DNA from: Candidatus Kapaibacterium sp.
Lineage (GTDB): Bacteria > Bacteroidota > Ignavibacteria > Kapaibacteriales > UBA2268
DNA: 64,000 nt
Assembly (NCBI GenBank): GCA_963665665.1
Contig: OY762428.1
Span: 2,784,001-2,848,000 of the forward strand
Direction: 5' to 3'
Shown: positions 28,586 through 38,845 of the stretch, one piece after another
How positions within the stretch are numbered: the first letter of the stretch is position 1
How the letters are laid out: each line of letters begins with the position of its first letter
Notes under the pieces: generated by a model
Database searches by the model: none
What the model saw: only the letters and a program-made list of their open reading frames with translations
Told to the model about the DNA's origin: nothing
Made by a program: the position numbers and the translations under genes

Positions 28586-29398
28586 ATGGACGATAAATAT
28601 TCAGACGTACAAAGATCAGAGAAAATAACAGATTTTGATAAATATTACTGGGGTTACCAGTACCGCCTGGCAAATGAAGTACTCGTGCCAATGATGATAA
28701 AAAACAACTGGTTCAAACCAGGAGATATGGTTTCCGAAATAGGCTGTGCCGAGGGCGGAGTGCTGCATGCTTTTATTGATGCAGGTGCTAAAGGAGCACT
28801 CGGAACAGACATCTCCGAAACAAGGCTTGAAACCGGAAAGGTGATCTCCGATATTATTAATCTGAAAACAGAGTATAAATATCACGATATAATAAATGAA
28901 GAGCCATACGATGAATGGAAGCAGGCTTACGACCTGGTACTGCTGCGCGATGTGATAGAACACCTTGACGACACTGAACAGGCCCTTGCAAATATCAAAA
29001 AGATAATCAGGCCCGGCGGCAGGCTATTCGTTACCTTTCCGCCTTATAATTCCCCATTTGGCGGCCACCAGCAGACGCTTATGAATTTCTGGGGCAAGCT
29101 GCCCTACATACACCTACTGCCCAAACCGATATTTTATAAAATGATAGCTTCAGGCAGAAAAAACGACATAGGGGAAGTTAAAAGGCTTCATAATATCCGT
29201 ATGTCTGCAAAAAAATTCATGGATGCGGCCGGGGAAACCGGATACACAATTGAAAGGCAAGACTATTACCTGCTGCGGCCTGTATTTAAGATGAAATTCG
29301 GACTTCCTTCGATAAAAATTACCCCCATTTCCGGGCTTCCGCTTGTAAAAAATTTCTTCAGCCTTGAGGCCTCATACATTCTCAGGGTTGATGGTTGA
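28586..29398 (+). CDS. class I SAM-dependent methyltransferase
   Basis: EIGCAEGG, YDLVLLRDVIEHL, IRPGGRLFVTFPP. Confidence 0.88.
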   Translation: MDDKYSDVQRSEKITDFDKYYWGYQYRLANEVLVPMMIKNNWFKPGDMVSEIGCAEGGVLHAFIDAGAKGALGTDISETRLETGKVISDIINLKTEYKYHDIINEEPYDEWKQAYDLVLLRDVIEHLDDTEQALANIKKIIRPGGRLFVTFPPYNSPFGGHQQTLMNFWGKLPYIHLLPKPIFYKMIASGRKNDIGEVKRLHNIRMSAKKFMDAAGETGYTIERQDYYLLRPVFKMKFGLPSIKITPISGLPLVKNFFSLEASYILRVDG

Positions 29399-29504
29399 TA
29401 ATTTTATCTCTTCCAACGAACTATGTAGTTGGTTTAGTAATTTCAATTGATAATTCGTTACTATTCAGCTGAACTTTGAAAATCTGGAAAAATTGTATAA
29501 ATCG

Positions 29505-29595
29505 GTCATTCTGAGCGCCAGCGAAGAATCCATTCTTCAATAAATCTTTAAGAATAAAATGGATTCTTCCCTCGCTTACTCGGTCAGAATGACAT
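29505..29595. repeat. REP doublet (GTCATTCTGAGCG...AAGAATCC / GGATTCTTC...CAGAATGAC)
   Basis: Two inverted arms separated by an AT-rich spacer. Confidence 0.8.
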
Positions 29596-29744
29596 TTCTC
29601 TGTATTTTTCTTCAATAACAGCAATATATTTTAAAAACCTGAGTAGAAACGATATTTGTTTTATACATCGAATCAAACAAATCATAATATTATTATTTTC
29701 TTTCGTTTATATCATAATAAAGAATAATTTTTTTGAGGCAAATT

Positions 29745-29927
29745 ATGCTAACAAAGGAATCTGTTATAAAAAATCTTGAAACTTTACCTGATGAATTTTC
29801 TTATGACGAATTATTGGACAGGTTGCATTTATTATACAAGATTGAAAATGCACGTGAACAAGCCATTAAAAAAGAAGTTATAAGTGAAGTGGAACTTGAG
29901 GAAAGATTCGGGGAATGGTTAAAGTAA
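29745..29927 (+). CDS. putative type II antitoxin
   Basis: 60 aa (MLTKESVIKNLETLPDEFSYDELLDRL...EWLK), GAGG RBS, overlaps a RelE/ParE toxin start. Confidence 0.75.
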   Translation: MLTKESVIKNLETLPDEFSYDELLDRLHLLYKIENAREQAIKKEVISEVELEERFGEWLK

Positions 29928-30215
29928 ATTGGACCTTGCAATCTGTTTCTGATCTGGAGAATATCGCAGATTTTATTAGCAGAGATTCCAGGAAATTTGC
30001 GGCTATTCAAGTACGAAGGATTATTGGCAGGACAAAAACAATAAAAAAGTCAGCAGTATTCAGGAAGATTTGTCCCGGAACTTAACGATCCCAATATTCG
30101 TGAACTTATCATGGGGAATTATAGAATAATTTATGAAATCATTTCTGACAGTCTGATCAATATTTTTACAATTCACCATTCGGCACGATTGATTGATTCA
30201 AAAAAATTGAAATAA
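29915..30215 (+). pseudogene. RelE/ParE-family toxin with single-base frameshift
   Basis: MVKVNWTLQSVSDLENIADFISRDSRKFA... continues in another frame as SGRFVPELNDPNIRELIMGNYRIIYEI...IHHSARL; 301 nt = 100 codons + 1, with the extra base plausibly in the A6 run at 30043-30048. Confidence 0.85.
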
Positions 30216-30443
30216 GTTTCTCAACTTTCAACCAATTTTTCGGAACGTTTCATCTTTTGCCATTTTAAATAAATTAAATTTCTTTCCAACGAATCTATTC
30301 TACCTTTGACGCACGATAAATCAAATCCGATATTTTTTTTATAAAGTCTGGATTATTATATTAATATTTTAGAATTTAAACTTTTTATTCGATCCTTTGG
30401 ATGTTTCAGAATAAGCAAATCATCAAACAATGAAAGACCGACA

Positions 30444-31127
30444 ATGAAAAAATTTCTCATTCCACTGTTTATACTGACTATTGCCATTATTCCGGCATGC
30501 CGCGAAGAAAACACGAGCGACTGCAGCACTCCGACAAACGGAACCGAGTATATTGATACATACACCCTGAAAGGCCCGATGAATTTCCTGAGCGGATACG
30601 AGGCGATGAACAGCGACAGCAGCGTGAACGTAGTGGTTGAAATTCCGGCCGGAACCCGCCAGAAATGGGAAGTGGATAAAGAAAGCGGTAATATTGTCTG
30701 GACTTTCAAAAACGGCGCCCCGAGGGTAGTTGATTACCTGCCATACATCGGCAATTACGGTATGATACCGAAAACCCTGCTTCCTGAAGAACTTGGCGGA
30801 GACGGCGATCCGCTTGACGTCATTATTCTCGGTGAGCCAATTGAAAGAGGCAGCGTGGCGAAAGTCAGAATCATCGGAGTTCTGCGCCTTCTCGACGGCG
30901 GCGAACAGGACGACAAACTGATTGCCGTTACGGATGAAGAAAATTTCCAGTCAATCAGTGATATTTCCGAACTAAATGAAAATTACACAGGCGTGAAAGA
31001 TATAATCGAAACATGGTTCGTGAACTACAAAGGCCCCGGCGAAATGGAAGCCGACGGTTTCGGTAACAGGAACGAAGCCCTGCAAATACTGCTAAAATCA
31101 ATTCAGGAATATGCAAACAGGAATTGA
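30444..31127 (+). CDS. ppa: family I inorganic pyrophosphatase with lipoprotein signal
   Basis: VVVEIPAG, NYGMIPKT, GDGDPLDV, EQDDKLIAV, WFVNYKG; N-terminal MKKFLIPLFILTIAIIPAC. Confidence 0.88.
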   Translation: MKKFLIPLFILTIAIIPACREENTSDCSTPTNGTEYIDTYTLKGPMNFLSGYEAMNSDSSVNVVVEIPAGTRQKWEVDKESGNIVWTFKNGAPRVVDYLPYIGNYGMIPKTLLPEELGGDGDPLDVIILGEPIERGSVAKVRIIGVLRLLDGGEQDDKLIAVTDEENFQSISDISELNENYTGVKDIIETWFVNYKGPGEMEADGFGNRNEALQILLKSIQEYANRN

Positions 31128-31185
31128 GGCTAAATAAAATTATTTTTAAATATATCTTACTGAATTACGAGGATTATTCATTAAA

Positions 31186-32241
31186 TCACTGATCTGTTTG
31201 TCCGTTCTGTTCTTTCCGTAGTGCACTTATGTCTTTTTCATCAGGCAGTGATTTTATATTTTCACGGAAAAAGAAGAAACCGCCTACACTGATTTGTATC
31301 ATATAACTGACAAAATGCGCAACTGCAGCAAATGCCAAAGATTCTTCCTTCGGAATGCCGTATAGGTTATGCAGGGCATCCCTGATAAGCCAGTGGTAAA
31401 TGCCAACAGCTCCCGGTGTTGGAGCAATTGTAACGCCAACACCTGAAACAATAATCAGGAATATTGCTGCATCGAACCCAAGATTGTACTCTTGCTGAAA
31501 CGGAAAAGCAAAAAATGTCATGTACAGTGGAATGGTATAGAAAAACCATATTAAGATCGAATCAAATGAAACCCTTAAATACCTGGATGGGGTTTTAATA
31601 ATTGTGAATCCCTTAAGGAATTTCTCATAGAGTTCAGAAATCCTGTTATAGAATTTTTCAGAAAAGGGTTTTAGTAAAATTTGTATAAATTTCCTGAAGA
31701 AAGGAGGATAAAAGCTGAATATTAATACCAATGCAAAAAGTACAATCAATGTAATAATGGCATTAATATCAATTTTTGCCGGAAGGGATTTTACAACGAT
31801 ATCCCCGAAAACAATAAAAGCAAACGCAAATAACAGAAAAAGAGTAACCAGGTCAATGAACCTTTCTGCTATGATTGTTGCAAATGTTGTTGTGTATGAA
31901 ACTTTTTCTCTTCTGGCGTAAACATAAGGCCGAACGAACTCTCCGCCGCGAGGCAGAACACAGTTGACCGCATATCCGATCATAACAGCCGAGAAAAGAT
32001 TGATAGTTGCCGGTGTTTTCTTTTTAAGTGCCGGTTCAAGCATTGTTCTCCATCTCAGGGCACGCGTCCAGTGCGAGGCAACAATAACCGGAATTGGCAG
32101 TAATGCAAATATATAATTGGCATTTATCAGTATTTCCCAAAGCCTCTGCAGGTTAATATCCCGGAGAGACAGATATACCGATACAACAACGATAATAATT
32201 GTTATAAGATATTTAAGAATTTTCTTTAAGTTATTTTTCAT
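31186..32241 (-). CDS. lysylphosphatidylglycerol-synthase TM / flippase-like membrane protein (UPF0104)
   Basis: RALRWR, N.VLPRGGEFVR, ERFID, PTPGAVGIYH; multiple TM helices. Confidence 0.85.
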   Translation of the reverse strand: MKNNLKKILKYLITIIIVVVSVYLSLRDINLQRLWEILINANYIFALLPIPVIVASHWTRALRWRTMLEPALKKKTPATINLFSAVMIGYAVNCVLPRGGEFVRPYVYARREKVSYTTTFATIIAERFIDLVTLFLLFAFAFIVFGDIVVKSLPAKIDINAIITLIVLFALVLIFSFYPPFFRKFIQILLKPFSEKFYNRISELYEKFLKGFTIIKTPSRYLRVSFDSILIWFFYTIPLYMTFFAFPFQQEYNLGFDAAIFLIIVSGVGVTIAPTPGAVGIYHWLIRDALHNLYGIPKEESLAFAAVAHFVSYMIQISVGGFFFFRENIKSLPDEKDISALRKEQNGQTDQ

Positions 32242-32499
32242 AAACAGATAGTTTATATTGAACCCATTTTACAAAAATTGAAAGAACAAACTTAAAAAAT
32301 AAATGCCTAAGAAAAAAAGCAAACTGATGCAAAGATGAAAATATATTAATTGCAAATTGTTGTTTATTGTGAATATTATACCTGTAAAGCAATTCAATAC
32401 CTGTTTTGAATCTCAGACATTTCAAAAATATTTTATAAAGAAATACCCGATAAAGTGTATGTGTTAGATTCAGGAATGAATTTATTTATTGTAATCCTG

Positions 32500-33954
32500 C
32501 TACTTTCTATCCCTGATAAGTGGCTTGCCGTCGTTGAAATCAAAAAGTGTCAGGCGGCGAAGATTGAAATAGGCAACCCAGTAATTTTGCAGTGTACGTA
32601 TATATGACTGCAATGCACTGTCTTTTTCCCTTTGTGCAATAAAAAGGTCGTTCACATCAATCTTTGATATCAGGTAGCGGTTTCTAGCCACTTCGAAGCG
32701 TCGGGCTGCAATATCCTTCGATCTGTAAGCTATTTCAACCTGCTTTTGAAGCTGTTCGAACCTTAAAGCAAGGTAGCGGACTTCTTTTTCGAAATTCTTC
32801 CTGTCAATATCAAGCTGGTGCAAACTTATTTCGCGGTTTGCCATTGCTTCTTCCACCTCGGCTGTATTTCTTCCCCACTGAAATATGGGCATCTGGAATG
32901 AAAGATTCACAGATTCCTGGTCCAGCAGGTCTTTATACGCAGCATCAACTTTACTTGCTGAATTGTTTAATCCGTAACCTGCTGTAATAGTCGCGTTGAA
33001 GTTATTATTGTTTTCAGCAACAGCAACCCGGCGGTCGGCATTCAGTTCCCTGATCTTAAAAGTAAGAATATCCGAGCGGTTGGCAAATGCCTGTTTCACG
33101 GCAGCCTCAGGTGTTACCTCAATTGATTTAACGGAATCCGGAGGTATAATAATAATTTCAGTATCCAGGCCCATTCCAATTAAATTCAGTAGTTCTTCAC
33201 GGGATCTTTCATAGTCAAGCTCGGAAGTTTCCAGTGAAACTTTCATATCCGATAGGGCCAGTTCATTCTGAAGCAGGTCGTTTTCGGCTATTTTACCTAC
33301 CTGGTAGCGCCCTTTGGATATCTGGTAAAGAGTGTCGTTAATAGAAACATTCAGCCTGGCATTTTCAACCTGCATTTTCGCAAAATATACTTCAAAGAAT
33401 TTTGAAGTGATCTCCATATTCAGGGCTTCAATTTCCTCGGCATAAAGGCGGTCGATATTCTCATAGTTCAGCGCTGCCTCTTCAAGTTCAAATTCCATAC
33501 TGTTGAACTGGAAAATCGGCTGCCTTAAATTGATTTGAAAAGGAGTTGTGTTCCAGTCTGTACGTTCATAATCGCCAAGCAGGTCAATTCGTCTCAGGCC
33601 TGAACCAACTGTAATTCTGCCGCCTGTCCATGGAATTGACTGGCTGATATCCAGGTTGGCCATACTATACATACGGCTGCTGCTGGTGAATATCTCCGTA
33701 CCGTCCGGCTGTGGTGTCCTGTCGATAGAACGTGTCAGCCCCGGTAATGATCCGCTAAGGCTCAGCTGTGGGTAATATGCAGTTACAACAGCATCATGAG
33801 CAGATGTCCGGCTTTTAAGGTTTTCTTGTGCAATTTTTGCTTTTGGGCTATTTTCCCTCGCAAAATCAAGGCATTTGAACAGTGTAAGATCAACAGCCCC
33901 GGCTGAACTGTAGCCGGTGAGTAAAACGATCAATAATAATAATTTATACTTCAT
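32500..33954 (-). CDS. TolC-family outer membrane efflux protein
   Basis: Signal peptide, YYPQLSLSG, QPIFQ, RYQVGKI, MPIFQWG; downstream of the MFP and permease genes. Confidence 0.88.
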   Translation of the reverse strand: MKYKLLLLIVLLTGYSSAGAVDLTLFKCLDFARENSPKAKIAQENLKSRTSAHDAVVTAYYPQLSLSGSLPGLTRSIDRTPQPDGTEIFTSSSRMYSMANLDISQSIPWTGGRITVGSGLRRIDLLGDYERTDWNTTPFQINLRQPIFQFNSMEFELEEAALNYENIDRLYAEEIEALNMEITSKFFEVYFAKMQVENARLNVSINDTLYQISKGRYQVGKIAENDLLQNELALSDMKVSLETSELDYERSREELLNLIGMGLDTEIIIIPPDSVKSIEVTPEAAVKQAFANRSDILTFKIRELNADRRVAVAENNNNFNATITAGYGLNNSASKVDAAYKDLLDQESVNLSFQMPIFQWGRNTAEVEEAMANREISLHQLDIDRKNFEKEVRYLALRFEQLQKQVEIAYRSKDIAARRFEVARNRYLISKIDVNDLFIAQREKDSALQSYIRTLQNYWVAYFNLRRLTLFDFNDGKPLIRDRK

Positions 33955-34019
33955 TACAAACCTGTTTTTATTTCAACATATTAGATGGGTGTATGAAAAA
34001 CCTGATAATTTGTCAACAC

Positions 34020-34112
34020 TCCAATCCGACTCCTCCCCTTTCCTCCCCAAAAGGGATGGCTGGCTGCCCCTCCTTCGGATCCCGACAAGTCGTGGACAGG
34101 GAGGTCAAAGCC
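34020..34112. repeat. degenerate REP-like relic containing a TCCCGAC..GTCG.GGACAGG mini-palindrome
   Basis: GC-rich island in the AT-rich permease-tolC spacer; 34080-34100 resembles 57711-57730. Confidence 0.6.
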
Positions 34113-34166
34113 AGTAATAATTTATAATAGTTTCATATATCATTTTAAATCGGTGATTTTTAATAC

Positions 34167-35516
34167 TTATTCATATCTTAATGATTCAATCGGGTCCTGC
34201 ATAGCAGCCCTGCGGGCGGGCATTATCCCGAAAATTATCCCGACGCTTATCGATACAAAGAAAGAAAGCACAACAGATACCCATGATACTATCGTTCGGA
34301 TCTCCGTTACTTGTTCAATTATAAGCGAAAGCGCCACTCCGGTAATTATTCCGATAAAACCTCCGGTTAAACTTATAGCAACGGCTTCACTCATGAATTG
34401 CAGAAGAATATCTCTCTGCCGGGCGCCAAGCGCGCGCCTTACGCCAATTTCCCTTATTCGTTCAAGTACCGAGGCCAGCATAATATTCATAATCCCGATT
34501 CCGCCAACGATAAGCGAAATGGAAGCAATTGCACCAAGCACAATATTGAATATATTCTTTGTTCTTTGTTCCTGTTCAAGTAATACTTCCGGAACAATTA
34601 TCTCGTAATCAACTTCCTCGTTGTGTCGCCGGAACATCATTCTGCCAAGAAGTTCGGCAATGGTTCTCATATTATCGGTATTATCCACGCCTACAACAAT
34701 TTTATCAAGCTGGTCAGTATTCAGGCCTTCCCTGTCGGCCTGTCTCCTGGCCCACCTGGTCAGGTCTCTTTTTGTTATCATAGCCCTGTTTTCGTAGCGC
34801 ATCAGCATGGTTGTTACCGGAATATAAACATCCATATTGAAATCACGCAGTCCAAGATTTTTTATATTATCCTTGGAAAGGCTTTTTTCCTTAAGCACAC
34901 CTGCAACAGTCAGCCAGTTGCTGCCGCATTTTAATTTTCTGCCAACCGGATTATCGGTGGCAAAAAGTTTTTTGCTGATTGAACTGCCAATAATGCAAAC
35001 AGATTTAAAATTTTCATAACTGATATCCGAAAATTCCCCGCCATCTGAAATCTCGAAAGGATTGGTGAAAAAATAATCCCTGCCGATTCCTACAAGTTTT
35101 ATCTGCTGCTTACGGCCCTTGCGCATGGCAGTTGTTTCCAGCACGATCTCAGGGCTGACAAATTTTACACCCGGAATATATTCCCTGATAGATTCTGCAT
35201 CTTTCAGGGTCAGTCCCGGAGAGAATTTCTTCTTTTTCTTGGTTATATCATCTGATTCGCTGTCGCTGCCCGAATCTTCCTCTTTCTCTTCATCCTGAAT
35301 TTTATCCGGGTCGAGCGGCTTGATAATAATATTGTTCGTACCAAGAAGTTTCATCTTTTCGAGTATTTCTTCCTGCGCTCCCTGCCCGATGGCAAGCATG
35401 GCTATCACCGAGGCAACTCCGCAAATGATGCCAAGGGATGTAAGAACCGACCTGAGTTTATTCTGCATGATTGCTTCAAGGCCGATTCTGAAATTATGAA
35501 TTAATACACCTATCAT
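34167..35516 (-). CDS. MacB/FtsX-like ABC transporter permease
   Basis: NKLRSVLTSLGII, VGGIGIMNIMLASVLERIREIGVRRALGA, PARRAA..DPIESLRYE. Confidence 0.92.
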   Translation of the reverse strand: MIGVLIHNFRIGLEAIMQNKLRSVLTSLGIICGVASVIAMLAIGQGAQEEILEKMKLLGTNNIIIKPLDPDKIQDEEKEEDSGSDSESDDITKKKKKFSPGLTLKDAESIREYIPGVKFVSPEIVLETTAMRKGRKQQIKLVGIGRDYFFTNPFEISDGGEFSDISYENFKSVCIIGSSISKKLFATDNPVGRKLKCGSNWLTVAGVLKEKSLSKDNIKNLGLRDFNMDVYIPVTTMLMRYENRAMITKRDLTRWARRQADREGLNTDQLDKIVVGVDNTDNMRTIAELLGRMMFRRHNEEVDYEIIVPEVLLEQEQRTKNIFNIVLGAIASISLIVGGIGIMNIMLASVLERIREIGVRRALGARQRDILLQFMSEAVAISLTGGFIGIITGVALSLIIEQVTEIRTIVSWVSVVLSFFVSISVGIIFGIMPARRAAMQDPIESLRYE

Positions 35517-36778
35517 TCTGATTTCTTCTTCAATGGTGTAACCGGCATTTTACCATCGTCTTCCGGCACCGAAAGATAAATTTCATCCTTTTCATTCAGG
35601 CCATTTTCAATTACAACTTCATTATCGTTCATAAGGCCGACGGCAACTTCCTGCTTGATATAACCGCCATTATCCTTTTTATAAACGAATGTTGTATCAT
35701 TCTGTGGGTGGAGGCAGTCCAGCGGGATATAAACAACGTTCTGAAGTTCATCGATAAGTATTTCATTGCCTGTAGTCATCGACGGGCGGAGTGTTGTATC
35801 TTTATCAATAACGTCAATTATCACTTCGAAAACCTTGGAATCCGAACTTCTTCTCTGTTCGCCGATATTTGCCACGCGGGTAACTTTACCCTTCAGGGAT
35901 TTATCCGGCTGGGCATCAAGGCCTATCGTAACTACCTGCCCTTTTTTTATTTTCTGAATATCAACTTCATTGATATATGTTAGTGATTCCATTTGGGTAA
36001 GGTCGGGAAGCTCGGCAACAACGGGATCCCAGGCGCTAATGGTTGTTCCCTCGGTTTTTCTTCTTCCGCTCCATTCCTTTGCATAAATAAGCATTCCGGG
36101 AGAAGGAGCATAAATTGTAAACTGATTAAAAATATCCATAAATTTTGCAAGCTTTTGTTTTTCTTTCTGAAGGTCAGCATTAACTATGGAAAGGTCGGTA
36201 ATAGCTTTTTTAACTTTTGTTTTATAATTTTTTTCCGCCTGCAGCAGGTTTCGTTGTGCACGTTCATAATTAATTTCAGCCTGTCGGATAACTGCCGGAG
36301 GCTCGTACTTAGACTGCTCCATTAGCAATTTTTTCTCTTCAAGGGCGAATTTCAGGTTTTCAAGTTCGTCCCTGGCAGCAGACAGGTTAAGCGTACTGTC
36401 CAGTTCGCTCTGCTTATACTGGGATTGATACTTTTGTATAGAAATTTCAATTTCCGTTATTTTTCTGGATATTTCAGATCTATCCAATTCTGCCACAAAA
36501 TCACCTTCCTTCACAACAGTTCCCTCGTCAATCAGTCGGGATATTTTCATTTGTGAAATACCAACAGACCTGGCTCCTGAAGGCCCTTCAATCTCGATAG
36601 AATTTTTTGCTTTAAGTTCCCCGGTAGTCTTCACCGTAACTCTGAAATCACCTTTTACGGGAGTTACGATAATTTCGGAGTTAACTTCTTCTTCAAATAG
36701 GAAGAGCGCTATAACAACCGCAATAATCACGACCAGTGGCAGTCCGATCAATAAAATTTTTTTCTTCATCACAACCAT
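35513..36778 (-). CDS. efflux periplasmic adaptor (MacA/HlyD-like MFP)
   Basis: N-terminal TM anchor, EGTVVKEGD, IYAPSPG, INEVDIQKIKKGQ, LRPSMT. Confidence 0.88.
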   Translation of the reverse strand: MVVMKKKILLIGLPLVVIIAVVIALFLFEEEVNSEIIVTPVKGDFRVTVKTTGELKAKNSIEIEGPSGARSVGISQMKISRLIDEGTVVKEGDFVAELDRSEISRKITEIEISIQKYQSQYKQSELDSTLNLSAARDELENLKFALEEKKLLMEQSKYEPPAVIRQAEINYERAQRNLLQAEKNYKTKVKKAITDLSIVNADLQKEKQKLAKFMDIFNQFTIYAPSPGMLIYAKEWSGRRKTEGTTISAWDPVVAELPDLTQMESLTYINEVDIQKIKKGQVVTIGLDAQPDKSLKGKVTRVANIGEQRRSSDSKVFEVIIDVIDKDTTLRPSMTTGNEILIDELQNVVYIPLDCLHPQNDTTFVYKKDNGGYIKQEVAVGLMNDNEVVIENGLNEKDEIYLSVPEDDGKMPVTPLKKKSE

Positions 36779-37114
36779 TAAATAAATTCATTTAATAATA
36801 TCTTAAATAATACTGCTCAAAATAAAAATAGTTTCAACAAAAAGGGCAAATAAACAGCATTCTTTTATCAAAATAGTAAAAAAATTATGAAAATGGAAAT
36901 AGAAATAGTGATTTGAAGGAAAAGTATTGTTGAAGGTCAATATCAATTTCCGAACACTTTACTTCGAAACAAAATTTCCATAAGTTCAGAACTGCTGACC
37001 CGTGTACGAAAAATCAAAGAGTTATGAGAATAATGGCGTAAATTAATTTGTCGCATTTATTAATAATTGTTACCGCATCAATAAATCTGAATAATAAAAT
37101 TTTCTTATGCCTGA

Positions 37115-37222
37115 TATCCCCAAACCCAACAGAAGGAGGGGCTTACTGCAAAGACTTCACCTTCGGGGAGGCTCCGCCCAACACCTGTGTTCCACACCTC
37201 GTGTGTTTGGGAGGGGGCGGAA
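37115..37222. repeat. degenerate REP doublet (CCCCAAACCC...AAGGAGGGGCTT family) with nested palindromic insertion
   Basis: Left arm resembles 58779-58813; the right arm cttcaccttcggggaggct...ggagggggc is interrupted by ccgcccaacacctgtgttccacacctcgtgtgtttg. Confidence 0.5.
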
Positions 37223-37321
37223 ACTGAATTGGAATAACAGAAAACCGCGACTTTAAAAAATTACGTGGATTCCGGATGCGCTTTAAGTAAGAAAAGAGCA
37301 GGCTGATCCCGGATAACAAAA

Positions 37322-37360
37322 AAATAACTCCCGTAACAAATACATCTGCGGGAGTTATTT
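37322..37360 (-). terminator. hairpin terminator downstream of gmhA
   Basis: aaataactcccg...cgggagttattt 12-bp stem with adjacent A run. Confidence 0.65.
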
Positions 37361-37398
37361 AGTTTTAAAAAAATTATCCTGAATAATAGTACCGGAAG

Positions 37399-37992
37399 TC
37401 AGAAAAATTCGGGGAATAATTCTTCCTCGATCATTTCACACCAGATATGGCCAACCATAATATGCGATTCCTGTACCCTGGCGGTAATATCCGATGGAAC
37501 AACAACACTGTAATCACATCTTTCTCTGATCTTACCTCCGTTTTTGCCAAGCAGGCCGAATACTTTCATTCCCTTATCCTTTGCTTCGAGGCATGCGCGG
37601 TAAACATTTTCGGAATTTCCGCTTGTTGATATAGCAACAAGGGCATCTTTTTCCGTTCCGAATGCCTCGACACCACGGGCGAAAATATTATCAAACCCAA
37701 TGTCATTCCCACCGGCAGTAAGTACGGATGTATCAACAGTCAGGGCCAATCCCGGAACAGCCGGCCTGTTTATATGCCCCCTGAGCCTTACCACAAGTTC
37801 TGCTGCAAGGTGCTGGCTGTCGGCAGCACTGCCGCCGTTTCCGCAAAAAAGTATTTTCCCGCCGTCCTTTACTGTATCGGCAAGCAAAGTTCCGCATGTG
37901 TTAATAGATTCCAGGCATTGGTCCATAACCTTATTTTTTACCATAATACTTTCGGCAATGGCCTCAGAAATTTTTTTCTCTGATCTCGTCAT
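37399..37992 (-). CDS. gmhA: D-sedoheptulose-7-phosphate isomerase
   Basis: CGNGGSAADSQH, ISTSGNSEN, ARVQESH; start at 37992 overlaps the engB stop (TGATG). Confidence 0.93.
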   Translation of the reverse strand: MTRSEKKISEAIAESIMVKNKVMDQCLESINTCGTLLADTVKDGGKILFCGNGGSAADSQHLAAELVVRLRGHINRPAVPGLALTVDTSVLTAGGNDIGFDNIFARGVEAFGTEKDALVAISTSGNSENVYRACLEAKDKGMKVFGLLGKNGGKIRERCDYSVVVPSDITARVQESHIMVGHIWCEMIEEELFPEFF

Positions 37993-38609
37993 CACATTTC
38001 TCCGGCATTTTCTGAACATACACGCCTGATTACACCAAGCAATTCTTTTCTACCCATACCGCTTACAGAAGAATAGGGCAAAACGTCAACGGCAAAACGG
38101 CAGTTTTGCAGCAGATGTCCTAATTGCTCTTTGCGTTCGTCAATTTTCTTAGCTGACAATTTATCGCACTTGGTAAGAACAATAATATAGCTTTTGGAAT
38201 TATTTTCAAGCCATTCAATAAGGGCAAGGTCATTATCCATCGGGTCGTGCCTTGAGTCGATCAGGGCGCAGACTAATCTCAGGTTATCCCTCTTTCCAAG
38301 ATAGTCATAGTTCAGTGCTGCCCATTTCTGCCTGTAACTTTTGCCAACCGCAGCATAACCAAAACCGGGTAAATCCGCAAAACTCCACTGATCCTCGACA
38401 AGGAAGAAATTGATCTCCTTTGTCTTTCCCGGAGTCGAGCTTGTATGAGCAAGGTTCTTTCTTTGTACAATACTATTCAAAAGCGATGATTTGCCCACAT
38501 TCGAACGGCCGGAAAAAGCAATTTCAGGATAATCATACTCGGGATATTGCCCTGGTCCGGCAGCCCCTTTCACAAATTCAGACTGAAAATTATTGATTTT
38601 TGTTTTCAT
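37992..38609 (-). CDS. engB: ribosome biogenesis GTPase YihA/YsxC
   Basis: GRSNVGKSSLLN, SSTPGKT, DLPGFGYA, TKCDK. Confidence 0.95.
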   Translation of the reverse strand: MKTKINNFQSEFVKGAAGPGQYPEYDYPEIAFSGRSNVGKSSLLNSIVQRKNLAHTSSTPGKTKEINFFLVEDQWSFADLPGFGYAAVGKSYRQKWAALNYDYLGKRDNLRLVCALIDSRHDPMDNDLALIEWLENNSKSYIIVLTKCDKLSAKKIDERKEQLGHLLQNCRFAVDVLPYSSVSGMGRKELLGVIRRVCSENAGEM

Positions 38610-38845
38610 TGTTATGTCTTGTTTTTCAGGAATTAATTGCTAATTAAATAAAATTAACTAATCGTAATATTATAACGAATTAGTAGCTGCAAAAATGCAA
38701 ACAAATTACTTAATTAAAAAGGGAATCCTTTGCCGGAAAATAAAATCTGCCATAAGGTATCAGTAATTTCCTGTTTGTATCATTGCTACAATTATTTTGA
38801 TTCTATTGAATCGCATTGAATTTTCTATGAGCTTCCAAGGGTTAC

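Noticed and set aside
37109-37303. 6S RNA or a known riboswitch
   Set aside because: No rod-like end-to-end pairing or recognisable aptamer consensus; the left part matches a REP seen at 58779-58813.
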